NCBI GenBank assembly: GCA_002633005.1
Contig: NMRA01000027.1
Location: 1,105,788 to 1,169,787 of the forward strand
From: Phoronis australis
Taxonomy: Eukaryota; Animalia; Phoronida
DNA: 64,000 bases
Direction of reading: 5' to 3'
Made by a program: the position numbers and the translations under genes. The stretch's first letter is position 1; each line of letters starts with the position of its first letter. This document shows positions 26,690 through 38,500 of this stretch, in pieces. The notes under the pieces are model-generated. The model saw only the letters and a program-made list of their open reading frames with translations, ran no database searches and was not told the DNA's origin.

Positions 26690-26916
26690 GTGAGCTGGGG
26701 GGATCTGATTTTCACCCTTACCCAAAATTTAACTTCTCACAAGGTGAACTAGGGGGATCAGATTTTCACCCTTACCCAAAATTTAACTTCTCACAAGGTG
26801 AACTAGGGGGATCAGATTTTCACCCTTACCCAAAATTTAACTTCTCACAAGGTGAACTAGGGGGATCAGATTTTCACCCGTACCCAAAATTTAACTTCTC
26901 ACAAGGTGAACTAGGG
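26690..26916 (+). repeat. Minisatellite, 54-bp unit, about 4 copies
   Basis: Head-to-tail units CTAGGGGGATCAGATTTTCACCCTTACCCAAAATTTAACTTCTCACAAGGTGAA with no spacers. Confidence 0.95.
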
Positions 26917-27388
26917 CCGTGAAGAGGGACATGCAAACTAACTCTTGATCCTGATCTCGAGGAATGAGGTACTGCGACTTGCTCCTCCAAGACCAAAAAT
27001 TACCTGTGAGGCTAAAAAGGCGAAGTTGTTTCTTGTCTCTAGCTCAACTCATTTTGAGATCTGTATTCCCCAACTATAAAAACTGAAAAATTGCCTGCCC
27101 GCATCGATTTCAGTCTCATGTTTTTTTTTTGAAACGATGCACATTAGCAAGGTTTGATACGCCATGATTTGCCAAGCGATGAGTCAGAAATGACTCATTT
27201 TCGCTCATCTCGGGTGGATTTTATTTTCAAAGGTGTGAGCAACGAAAAATACAGCTCTCTCAACTAGATTTTGTTTCAAAAATGAGACCAGCACCAACCA
27301 TGCTTTTTCAAAAGTCCTTTTAGCTGAAGTCTAGTTTTTCACAGCTTGTTAGGTTTTGGAGTCATTGTTGGATAAGACAAGACTTCTG

Positions 27389-27834
27389 TGCCCAGTTCTA
27401 TGAAACAGTCTCAATTAAGGACTCGCCTAAGCTCCTTAGATCTACTGCATATTTGTGGACTTGTGAAAATGCTGATTGTTCTTTCTTACACCGGTGTACT
27501 GGTTTAGTTTCATTGCTTATGTAGGCAATTTTTGGTTTTGATACAAGTGGCAAGTGAACTCTTCGTTGAATTCTCAGTAGTTACGGAAAATATATTGGGA
27601 TCTTTTCGTGCAACGCTCTTAATTTAGGGACTAAGTCCTTATTTATTTTCACTGAACTCAGAACTCAATTTTTAGTTATGTTATTAGAAAATGTGATTAG
27701 CCAAAGAGGAGCTCATAATAAAGGTGAAATGATAGAAAAGGATTACACATATAAGTAAGGAAAGACACAGGTACGCAGTCAATTTATGGAACTTAGTTGA
27801 GTCTCTATTTGGGTCTGTTTCATGCAACCGGGCA
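27389..27834. mobile_element. PIF/Harbinger-like MITE of the same family as 25723-26130, apparently in the opposite orientation
   Basis: TIRs TGCCCAGTTCTATGAAACAG and CTGTTTCATGCAACCGGGCA, flanked by a 3-bp CTG on both sides (27386-27388 and 27835-27837). Confidence 0.7.
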
Positions 27835-28994
27835 CTGGAAGTTATTACCTTTGACCAGCATAACAACAAAAAAATGAGTTTTTACGATTTTATTATAAAG
27901 TGCCAATCCTGGATATTGCCTTCCAGACATTCACTGAAATCAAGACTGGGGACTTAAACATTTAAATATCAGTAAATTATTCAGTCAGTTATTGAGTTGG
28001 ATTTAAGTCTGAACCCAGAGCATTTCACTGCAATCATGGGGACTACAGGTTTGATTCCACTCTGCCGCTGATCTCAGAACTTGAACCCCCTTTCTTTCCA
28101 TTTAAAGATCTAGTACTTTTCTTTTTGTAGATCTGAAATTTATAAAGAGAGAACATCGAGGATGTTGTATCCAACGATAGTTGATAAGTTTTCAGCAGAC
28201 GGGTAGTTGGAGCCTTAGACACTTCTCTTTTATTGATGGACTTGCTTCACCACTTCTCATTTTGAATCGTTTCTGTCTTGATAAGGACGGAAGTTGAAAT
28301 ACGTCAAAGCTTGCAGACACTTTAGTCCTATAAAGAGGGATGTGACGCTGTAAACCTTTTCACTCCCCAATATCACCCATGCCCCATTTTTTCGAATCTA
28401 GAAAATTCAATATCTGCTGGAATACTGGTGTCCCAATTTCTAGAGGCTGTCCCAAATTGGAGAATTTTTACTGTAATCCCATTCCTCTTTATGTTGACAT
28501 CGCTACTTTCTGATCAATTCGCTCGGACAAAGTCATCGTCAGCTGGCCGAAACAGACTTCAATCGCTGCCATGCCCGGACTCAACAATTGTTATTGTTAT
28601 TGCAATCTTTCGGTTAAAAGTCCTTTTACAGCCAGCCATATCAAACGGGCTCTCGATTTTGTAATGTCAGGATTTTTTAAATCAAAATGCAAGTTTAACG
28701 TTTTAAAAATGAATGACAGTGTTTTGTAACACTTTCCAATGTTTGTGTTTTACAACAGGTTGACCACTATGAACATTTCTCGCAGATATCAAAATTCAGT
28801 GCTTTAATCATGAAAATATTACTTCGGCAACCAAAAAGAGTTTGTGACCATATTTTGATCTAGGCACGACATGATCAAATGCACACTAGATGGCGAAAGA
28901 ATATTTGCAAATTTACTTTTGATAAGGCATTAATTAACAGTACATATCTTGTTATTTGCAGAAGGATGTGAGCGTTGGTTAGCTGAGCACCAAG

Positions 28995-31046
28995 ATGAGC
29001 AATCTGGACCATCGCCTAGCGACACCTAGTGGCCGTTCCAGGATGCTGCGTCCTCACAAGCAGCATCGTCCAGCAGCAGGTTTGGACTATCTCAACTCCC
29101 AGCCATTTAGAACCAGACTTAGGAGAGTTCTTGGCTGTGACAGAGCCTTATTTGACCCTGAATGTGGCGACTTACATTCAATAGTTGAGACGGAGGAACA
29201 ACAGTACATTCCAGAAAATATGAGCAAATCTCAAAGGAGATCTCGCAGAAATACGCACACCGGATTGGTCAATGGTGAAATTTTGAGAAAGTCTGCCACA
29301 TCTACTAACCGGTACCTAGATGCTGGTGGAAGTGATGGTGTCTCCAGTAGCAACGGTTACCATGACAATTTAAACTGGCATAGTGTTTCATCTTATGAAT
29401 ACTTGTGGGATGCTTCCTCACCACCACCCAAGCCCAAACATCATTCCAGTGTAGACTTGTGTAGGTCTCACCAACTGCAGAAGAGCAGTAGACCTGTCAA
29501 CAAAAGAGGGCGCACCCAGTCTGTCATTGTCCTATCCAATAATATGTATGGACGTGGCTGCGATTTTGTGGAAGGTGGTAGTGGAAATCTTTTGACAACA
29601 GTTGCAAACCGTGAACGGGGAAAATCATTATCCGAATGGGATCTTCGTAATTCCAACTCTGTATGCATTGAAAATGGTTTGCAACGTCTAGCATTAGCTG
29701 CCTCTGTTGACCAGGAATTTGTAAACTGTTCCAAGTCTGTGCCTGACCTTCGAAAATCCCGAACTGGAGTCTCATTTTCTGGTGATGAAGTATTTAATGA
29801 TCTGGAATCTCGGAAAAATCTTCCTACATCTGCCAGAATACGACGAGTTTTAAACCAAAGCGAAAGTACGTTGAGCTTGGTCACTGACTGTGGTAACAAT
29901 TCTAGGCTTCTCACAAACTCTATGAAATCAGGTTCGCTCCCAAGTCCTGGCTGCCGAACAGATTCTTCCCAGCATTCCTTGCAGTCAGTAGGCAGCTATG
30001 AAAGACTACAAAGGTCTGAACCAGATTTAAGGATGAATAAAACTGACTGGGCCCGAAGGTTTGTCATGATTGGCAGCTCCAGTGACGGGAAGAAATTTCG
30101 ACGAACACAGTCTGTAGCAAATCTTACTTACTCCCGTGAAGACACACAGAAATTTCTGGAAGAACATGGAGTCTACTTCTCACCATCACAAAAACTTAAA
30201 AAGCGCCACAGCACATCTAGAAATGCACGTAAAGTTGTGTCACTGAGTTCAAATGAAAAATTAGAAAATGCAGTGTATATTACTTCAAAACTACACGTTG
30301 GCGATGACCAGGGTAATCAAACTAGTTTGAACATTAATTTGAATCCAAATAGCTGCTCGAAATCTTCCCTCAGACACACTGTCATCGGCTCAAAGGTTGC
30401 TGATGAAAAGTCTCAATTTAGTTCGAGCATTAACGTCGAGGAGAATAATCTGATGGACTTTAAGAAACAGGGTACACCCAACAGTGATTGTGATGATGAA
30501 TTTGAACAGTATGAGAAACAGAGACACTTTTTTCATTCCACACGCAGCCGCCGTGAGTCACAGGGGCCTTCCCTGCAGTTTGTGAGAAACTGCCAGCCAG
30601 TGCTGCCTATTCATAAAAATGTCACTGTTTCTGTCACTAATGCTCAGTCGCTGAGCTGCAATGACAGAACAGAAAGTGGGTCCGGGAGAAAGAGCACATG
30701 TGTTGTTTACCCCATGCAAAACAAAGATGAGTTGAATGTACGTGACTCGGACAATGAAGTACTAGTTCAAAACAGAACCGGTGCTCTCCCAAACGTAACT
30801 AAAACTTTCCTAAACATTTCATCATCATCAACTTCAGAGAAAAATCTAGATGGAGATGAAAACTACAAAGAACATGTGAATTTAAGTGGCCTTCACAACA
30901 CAGATCCATATATCAGGTGTCATAGGGATGCTATTTTCAGTCATTCCAAAGCTATGGAGGATGAATGCAATGATAGTCAGATAGAGGTGTTGTCTGTTGG
31001 TCAAGAGGGAGTTCTGAGATCACCACCAGATGGGGCTAGTAAGCAG
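28995..31046 (+). CDS. First coding exon (684 codons) of a large unidentified Ser-rich, predicted-disordered protein
   Basis: 690-aa ORF. Acceptor TTTGCAG ends at 28961, an in-frame TAG at 28980 precedes the ATG, and a phase-0 donor CAG|GTATGT at 31046/31047 lies just before the ORF stop. Confidence 0.85.
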
Positions 31047-31310
31047 GTATGTGGTTCAAACTTTTAGGAAGCAGTGTAGTTTAGTGCTTTGAGCTCCATT
31101 GCTAGTTGAATTCCTGGTTTTACTGGCAGATATTCTAGCAAAGCATAAAACATGACTCTTAACTGCCTTGAGCTCAGTCTTAGTTGTAGATGTATGCAAG
31201 GGAATGAAAACCTAACTATAATACGAAAGTGTTTTCCGGGGGTGCGTTAAAAAATGGTTGCCACTAGAAGTTGGTCTTCATTGTTTTCACTAATATTCTA
31301 CATAATCATC

Positions 31311-34300
31311 TTTTTTTATGTATTTATTATCCTTTACAAACAATTACAAAAACAAACAAACAAATAAGTACACCATTCATTCACGCATGCACACCTCAGG
31401 AAGACCATTCTCATATCTCGTTTAAAGTAAATATCTTCTACATGAACTTAACATGAACAATAAATTTTTCCCATTTTGCAGAGAAGCTGTCATGTACAAA
31501 GTTGTTATGTGCATTTAATTTTTCAGCATTATAGTATTCATAAGTTTTTGTAACGAACTTGAGAAAATTAGGTATATTTTTGTGACATCTCTCTTTGTAA
31601 ATGTACTGTTTAGCTAGTAGAAGTAAAATGTTAAATAGGAAATCTTGCGTCTTGTAAAGTCCAAGAATAACAATATCGTAAGACAGACAGTTGGGAAGCT
31701 GAATGCCACACTTTTGAAGTAGCTTTTCGAATTCCTTCCAGAAATCTTGTACAAAGCTACATTCCCAAAAAAGGTGTGACAGCGTCTCTGGAGCTTTATT
31801 ACAAAAGGAACATAGATCAGAATCCCTAACACATATTTTGACTAAAAAGGTATTTGTTGCAATAATTCTATGTAGTATTCTAAATTGGAACCATCTAATA
31901 TGGGGATCCTTTGTAATTTTGTAAGGTAAAGCATATATTTTCTTCCAATCTAAACTATCTCCTAGCTCTATTTCCCATTTAGACTCTGACTTAGGTTTCT
32001 TAACGTTATTAAAGACTGAACAAATATGTCTACAACCCTTCAAATCTTTCCGTAAGTGAGTAATTGCTAAAGGCATGCAAGGAAAGTAGACATTAACACT
32101 TTTAAATTTACTTTGAAATAGACTTTTTTGAAACCTTTTTAGAACAGAAACAACACCATTATATTCTACAAAGTTGGTTTTCACGTCGAACCTATTTTTC
32201 ATATTGTTTAGACTAACAAGATCACCATCAGAGGTATACATATCTCTAATAAATCTCAAGCCTTTTACAAACCAAGGCTTATAAAAAACACCTGTGCCTC
32301 CGATCGCCAAGTTACTATTAAACCACAAAGGTTGGTTCAAAAAGTCCTCTTTACTTGCAACAATTATTTTCTTGTAGAAAGATAACATACTTTCAAATAC
32401 GTCGCGCCAGTAGGAATTACCAATTAGAGTTAACTTCGACTTAATAAAGTCATCTCCAAATGAAGCAAAATTCTTTAAGAACGGGTAGAGTGCGTACAGT
32501 AATTCACCACTTTTAGACGCAGGGCTTTCCAGATATCTACGGGCCATAGCGAGTTTTAAAGCTTTGCTGAAAGTATGCATATTAACCATTTGAATTCCCC
32601 CTCGATCAAGTCCTAAACAGGCCGTAGTTCGTTTAATTTTATCATTACGGGCCTGCCATACAAATCTAAAAAATGTCGTATTCAATTCACCCAAGACTTT
32701 CACTGATGGATTTGGTAAACTTGACAACAAAAAATTAAGTTTAGAAATAGCTAATGTTTTAATTACCGTTACTCTACCAAACGGCGTTAAATTTCGTCGA
32801 CTCCAACTTTTTAGTAAAGACTTGATCTCAGTTATTCTTGCAGTGAAGTTCTTATGCGTCATACTATCCAATTGAGTGTCGAAATCCACCCCCAAAAATC
32901 TAAAAGATTTTTTTGTCCAAGACAAAATTTCTTTTGTAGGAATCACGTCATCACTACCAGTTTTACTTCCAAACCATATGGCTTTTGTTTTATCCACATT
33001 CACTTGGAGACCGGAGACACTAGCAAACAAATGTAGTACATTCAGTGTGGTAGTCAATGACAAATTCGACCCATCCAACGTAATTGATGTGTCGTCCGCA
33101 TATTGCGAAATCAAATATTCCTTATTCCCAGCAACTACACCAGCAATATTTTTATTATTCTTGATTAAATACGCCAAAATCTCCGCGCACAATATAAAAA
33201 TGTATGGAGACAATGGGTCACCTTGTCTGCAGCCACGTGAAATATTGAACCAAGAAGATGGGTGACCATTTACGACAACACAGGACTTAATATTACTGTA
33301 AAAGACTTTCACCCACCTTCTGATCGACCAACCAAAATTAAGGAACGATAAAGTTTTTTGAATAAAATTCCACGACAATGAATCAAATGCTTTCTCAAAA
33401 TCAATCAGTAAAAGCAATCCAGGTTTGTTAGCTGCCTGGGCATAAAACATTAAATCATATAGCACTCGGATATTTTCGTTCATATTTCTTCCAGAAACGA
33501 AACCTGTCTGGTCCTTACTGATTACTTTTCCCAAAACGGATTTTAACCGTTCAGCTACTGCCGAAGAAGCCAATTTATATGTCACATTGAGCAAGGATAT
33601 GGGTCTCCAGTTTTTCAAATAATGTTTACTTTTATCTGCTCCCTTAGGGATGCAGGTGATCACTCCCTCTTTCTGTGTTGAGGATAACTGGCCAACAGCA
33701 AAACCTGTATTAAGTGAGCGAACAACGAAATGTCCAATGTCAGCCCAAAAAAATTTCAAAAATTCCACTGAAAAACCATCAGAGCCTGGGCTTTTGTTGT
33801 TTTTCATTTTTTTCAAGCATTGTGTGACTTCTTCATATGTAAGAAGACCTTCTAATTTTTCTTTTTCTGTCTCATTCAGCTTGGAGACACAAACATTATC
33901 AAGAAGAGTTTTTAAAGAAGTATTGTTAGTCTGTCTATATTTGTATAGATTTTCATAAAAAGTTTTGGTTTCCTGAATAACCTCTTCTTCACTATTGGTT
34001 TTAGTATTGTCAGATTTCCACAAAAAAGGCATAAACTTACTTGTGTAATGCCTATTTTCCAAGTGAAGAAAATATTTGGAAGGCTTTTCACCTTCTTCAA
34101 TCCATCTTGCTCTCGACCTAGTCATAAGACCTCTTAACTTATTTTGCCTTAGCTCGGCAAGTAAATTATTTTTTTGTTCCAGTAGTTCCCTGTCAAGGCT
34201 TAGACTTCTTTCCAACAAGCTTATTTCTTTGATAAGTTGCTGTTCAACTCTATCACTTTTTCTTTTTAAGTAAGTAGCAAAGGAAATTGTTTTGCCGCGA

Positions 34301-35503
34301 ATCTCCATCAACAACGTTTCAAGAAAAAGTTGATCATTTATAGACAATTGTAAATCTGAATTACTTGTACTATCAACAGTCTGAATGTCATCAGTCATAT
34401 ACTGTTGTTTAACTAATTTAATAGTATTCTTGACTGCAGCAATATACTCAGAGTTCTTTAGGAGAGAATTATTAAACTTCCAAAATGATTTTCTCCTCCT
34501 GGAAACATCACTTTTAAAAAAAACCGTTACCATTGAATGATCGGAACGGTAACCGAATTCTATTATGGAGTCGTCAATATCAGCTAAAAGGTTTTCAGAA
34601 ATTAGAAAAAAATCTAGTCTGGATCGTTTACTTCCAGCTCTCCAAGTATATTCTTTACTACTGGGGTTTAGTTCCCGCCACACATCAACAATAGACAATT
34701 CTGTACAAATCTCCATCAACTTAATCCGTGACTTTGGGTTATTAACCTGTCGATAATTAATCGTGTCCTTAGACTGATCGAGAGCAAGATTAAAATCGCC
34801 TGCCCAAATAACAGAGTAATTTCCTATATCTTGAATATCTTGTTTTATTCTTTCAAAAAAAGACGGCGAGTCCCTATTCGGACAATACGTATTAATTAAC
34901 GTAATTCTTGTCTCGTTAATAGTAATATCCAAAATTAATTTATTACCATTGTAGTCTTGCCTAATGTTATGTAATTTATACTCAAAAGTGTTCTTAAAGA
35001 GGATCGCCACTCCACGGGAGTTTGAGGAATTTGAATTGAAAAAACATTCATATCCCCACATTGATCTAATATTGTTTTCTTCTCTCTTAGTAAAGTGTGT
35101 GTCCTGTAGGCAATAGATGGAGTACTGTTTTTCTCTTAAATAATTGAGTACATCTTTTCGTTTTTCATGGAGACCCAGCCCTCTGCAGTTCAATGACGTT
35201 ACTTTAAGTTCACCTGTCATTATTACAACGGTTATGCACATATATCAAATGACAATCAAATAATAATGGTACAATCCTGACCCATTCACACCACATACAC
35301 ACAAAACAAAACAAAAACAATACAAACACATCCACGAGCACATCATAGATTTCACAGAGTGCAACATCGATGTGAAATATGATGTAACATAGGATAGAAA
35401 AACTGATCCTCATCGTAAGGCTTATTCTCCCAGTATTTTTCATAATGAGACTATAATAAAAACATTTAGAAGCATTGCCCACACGGTCTCATACAAAAAC
35501 AAG
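31311..35503 (-). mobile_element. 5'-truncated L1/Tx1-clade non-LTR retrotransposon, antisense within an intron
   Basis: Intact ORF2, with minus-strand AATAAA (31323-31328) and an A7 tail (31311-31317). 20-bp TSD TAATATTCTACATA(A/G)TCATC at 31291-31310 and 35504-35523 with one mismatch. Confidence 0.92.
31438..35241 (-). CDS. LINE ORF2 protein: APE endonuclease, reverse transcriptase and C-terminal zinc knuckle (zf-RVT). The start is probably the ATG at 35220
   Basis: Endonuclease motifs SLNCRGL, CLQDTH, GVAIL, AGDFN, RLDFFL, SDH. RT motifs KSPGSDG, WRPISLLN, DFEKAFDS, GCRQGDPLSP, QYADD. C-terminal CSFC..ETLSHLFWEC. Confidence 0.96.
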   Translation of the reverse strand: MCITVVIMTGELKVTSLNCRGLGLHEKRKDVLNYLREKQYSIYCLQDTHFTKREENNIRSMWGYECFFNSNSSNSRGVAILFKNTFEYKLHNIRQDYNGNKLILDITINETRITLINTYCPNRDSPSFFERIKQDIQDIGNYSVIWAGDFNLALDQSKDTINYRQVNNPKSRIKLMEICTELSIVDVWRELNPSSKEYTWRAGSKRSRLDFFLISENLLADIDDSIIEFGYRSDHSMVTVFFKSDVSRRRKSFWKFNNSLLKNSEYIAAVKNTIKLVKQQYMTDDIQTVDSTSNSDLQLSINDQLFLETLLMEIRGKTISFATYLKRKSDRVEQQLIKEISLLERSLSLDRELLEQKNNLLAELRQNKLRGLMTRSRARWIEEGEKPSKYFLHLENRHYTSKFMPFLWKSDNTKTNSEEEVIQETKTFYENLYKYRQTNNTSLKTLLDNVCVSKLNETEKEKLEGLLTYEEVTQCLKKMKNNKSPGSDGFSVEFLKFFWADIGHFVVRSLNTGFAVGQLSSTQKEGVITCIPKGADKSKHYLKNWRPISLLNVTYKLASSAVAERLKSVLGKVISKDQTGFVSGRNMNENIRVLYDLMFYAQAANKPGLLLLIDFEKAFDSLSWNFIQKTLSFLNFGWSIRRWVKVFYSNIKSCVVVNGHPSSWFNISRGCRQGDPLSPYIFILCAEILAYLIKNNKNIAGVVAGNKEYLISQYADDTSITLDGSNLSLTTTLNVLHLFASVSGLQVNVDKTKAIWFGSKTGSDDVIPTKEILSWTKKSFRFLGVDFDTQLDSMTHKNFTARITEIKSLLKSWSRRNLTPFGRVTVIKTLAISKLNFLLSSLPNPSVKVLGELNTTFFRFVWQARNDKIKRTTACLGLDRGGIQMVNMHTFSKALKLAMARRYLESPASKSGELLYALYPFLKNFASFGDDFIKSKLTLIGNSYWRDVFESMLSFYKKIIVASKEDFLNQPLWFNSNLAIGGTGVFYKPWFVKGLRFIRDMYTSDGDLVSLNNMKNRFDVKTNFVEYNGVVSVLKRFQKSLFQSKFKSVNVYFPCMPLAITHLRKDLKGCRHICSVFNNVKKPKSESKWEIELGDSLDWKKIYALPYKITKDPHIRWFQFRILHRIIATNTFLVKICVRDSDLCSFCNKAPETLSHLFWECSFVQDFWKEFEKLLQKCGIQLPNCLSYDIVILGLYKTQDFLFNILLLLAKQYIYKERCHKNIPNFLKFVTKTYEYYNAEKLNAHNNFVHDSFSAKWEKFIVHVKFM

Positions 35504-38500
35504 TAATATTCTACATAGTCATCTGATCCAGTCTATCAATACACCACTGGTACCAACCTGTGCTTGAATTCACATATTGACATGTTTTTTAATAAAAATT
35601 TCCTTTGTAACTCTCTAACCACATGCGCAAGGTGCTTGTTTTTCTGTGTCTTCTTTGCCCTTTTAACAAATTGTATGGTGTGGAAGACACGTGCTGCCTC
35701 CTTGCAACATCAAGAGGAACTTCTACTTTGATCAGATAGTTTTAATTGGCATGTCATAATGGATGGTACTGGGAAATTTTTTCGACTTCATAGAAAAAAA
35801 TAGACAGTGTTTCGTAGAACCAAGACAATGTCAAGAAAACCTAATGCAGTCTTTACTATTAGTACCTGACAATATCTCGTGAAGACGTGTGTCATCTTGT
35901 TTTTGCAAGATTCCTGTGTTTTAGGAAGCAATCCTGTTGATGGTGTTTGAGGGTGGTCGTGTTAAGCACGCAAGAGAATGTACCTCCGTATCTGGTTTAA
36001 TAATTTAAAGAGCCTACTTCTCTGTGTAAGTCTAATTCTGAGGGTCCTTAATTCCCCTATTTTGAGGCTGACTATTGGGGCCCATTCCAATATGAGAAAT
36101 ATTTAAAAATCACATACAATTCCCATCATCAAGCCCAAAATTTACCATCCAATGATTACAAATTCCCTCCAGGTTAGAATCACTTCTGCAAATTGGTAGT
36201 CTTGGCTGATGCATTACCAAGATAAGGGCTGGTAATGGGGGAGGGGGTGGAATTGGTGGATTAGTGGTGACCAGAGGGAGGGGGTTATTTTATTCCCCTC
36301 TCTCAGAAGGCTCAGATACCTATAGATAAGAAAGGGCCCTGGTTTTGAAGTACAGCATGTGTTATCATTCTAACTTATCCGATGGTGTGTGGAAAGCCAT
36401 GTGATTCTATTTTGTTCACTCAAGAGGTGTAGTAAAGGTTAATATTTGGTTATGCTGAAACCTTCTCAGGAGTTTGGTTTATACTTGTAAATGCAGGCTC
36501 ATGTGACATACACTCAGCTGAATCAATCATGGGCAAATACGGGAGAAAACTCTCACTAATTTTCAGCCTAGAGGCAGCGTTACAACACTAAGGAATATAA
36601 ACGATTGATTTTGGTGGTGTTACAACAGTTCGAGCTTTTAAAATCTGAACGGTTAAGCTTAAGTTATTTATAATATAATGAGAAGAATAATAGGACAGTG
36701 GTGTTGTAATTTTGCAAAATAAAGTACACAAAACAGAAAGGCCAACACGTTACGTAGCACGTTACTTAGGCCCATTTATAGTATACTTTCACTTATCACT
36801 GTCGTCTTAATAGGACCATCCCGAATTACACAGGGATAGAACTCTCCTTTGTTCCAGAGTTAAGAAATCGTGTTGTCTTCATTGACCTACTTTTGGAATG
36901 TCAGACACATTTTCACAGGTCATGTTGGAAACCGTCGAGGTGTATGGCCGTGGGAAGATTCTTGATTTCAACTGTTCAAAAGTACCGGAATTGAAAGATT
37001 GTTTTCAAGAGGGGATTCTCTTGGGTTCAGTAAAATAAACTGACGAACTTGTTTATCCACTAGCTCTGCATTTTTTTGTCTTTGATTGGTGTCGGAGAAT
37101 GGCGGAGAACATGGCATCCTTGGAACTTTCTCCTGTTGGGAGTTGCAGCCTACAGCATAGCATTAAAGCTAGGAACCAGTACTGGTTCTTAGCGTAAAGC
37201 TGGCGTTGCAAGGACGAAGAGAATAATGCAGCTAAGAAAATTTTTTAAAGAATATGACAACAACAAAGAACATGTGGAACTCTAACAGTGCAAAAACTGT
37301 GAGGCGACAGAAGTGCTTGACGAATATTTTGGCATTGTGGGTAAATGCAGTGAGATTGGAGTATCGCTATGTAATCTGTGAAGGCCTTATTGTTTGCATT
37401 CATCAGACTCTCAAACAGTGAAAAGGCTTCAAGTTAGACTTTAAACCACAATTCTAAAATACATTAGTTCTGATATTGAAAATTAGTCATTGAACTTTAC
37501 TTTGAAGTACCAAATGAGATTATTTGATTATTAGGAAATGATACCAATGTCTGAAGCTGCAAAATGCGTTTTCGTAGGCACATCGCTTATTTCAAAGGTC
37601 AGTGTGCAGGTGAAGGAGGCCATACTTGTTTATCATCTCATTGGTCAATTTATGTCCAGAGATTGAATGTGTTTTGACATTAATTTTCTGATGGTGAAGA
37701 AATAAACTGACTGGTGCCAAAAATGTTCCATCATTCGACAGCTTGTCTGTATGGATAAAAGGCTAGTATTTTCACCCCTCATGCAAAGCTAGTATCAGTA
37801 ACTAAATATCTGGGGTGTTGGGTGTTCCTCTCTGATTGTTGAGTGGGGATAACATCGCACTATCAAATCTTGAACAAGCGCAAGACGCAGGAACAGTTAA
37901 AACTAAGACAACTCCAAATAATGAAAAGCTTTTCTCTAGACTATATAGGAAAATATCTCCACTAATCGATATAATAATTACCGAAATTGCCTTTTTATTC
38001 TTCGACGTCTTCTTACATTGTTATGAATGGTCATGCATTTTTAAAATGCTAGATGTTGGTAACTATGATACAGAACTTGAACCTGGTGAAGCTTTGTTAC
38101 TTGTGTATCTTATACATATCATGTACTAAATTGGTGAGACGTTATCGTTATCGGTTTACTTTCTGGATACTCTCTTCCTAGACGTCACTGCTGATGATCC
38201 CTGTCTGATGATAGATGTCGCTTGTGTTTCATGCTCTACAAAGACATCACAGCATTGAACAGCACAGCTAGTCATTACTTGTTCTGTATGTTCATTGTCA
38301 ATTATTCAGGAGAAACGGAGGGTGTCATACTCATTTCTGTTCCCGTATAGCACTTGCTGTTGTGATATGTTATTTTTGGAATTTTCTTAAAACATTAGAA
38401 AATACAAAATACGTAGCAACTGAACTATAAAATACAGCAGGCACAAGAGGTTTTAATTGCAAATTTGGAAACAAGCCGATGTGGCAATGAAAGAATTTGT

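Noticed and set aside
26690-26916. CRISPR-like array
   Set aside because: Units are contiguous with no unique spacers, there are no cas genes, and the context is eukaryotic.
29468-34756. Antisense ORFs overlapping the large exon and LINE ORF2
   Set aside because: They are shadow ORFs of real coding frames.
35210-35482. LINE ORF1
   Set aside because: Only 90 codons of low-complexity TG-rich sequence, with no coiled-coil, RRM or zinc-knuckle features; it looks like an inter-ORF spacer.
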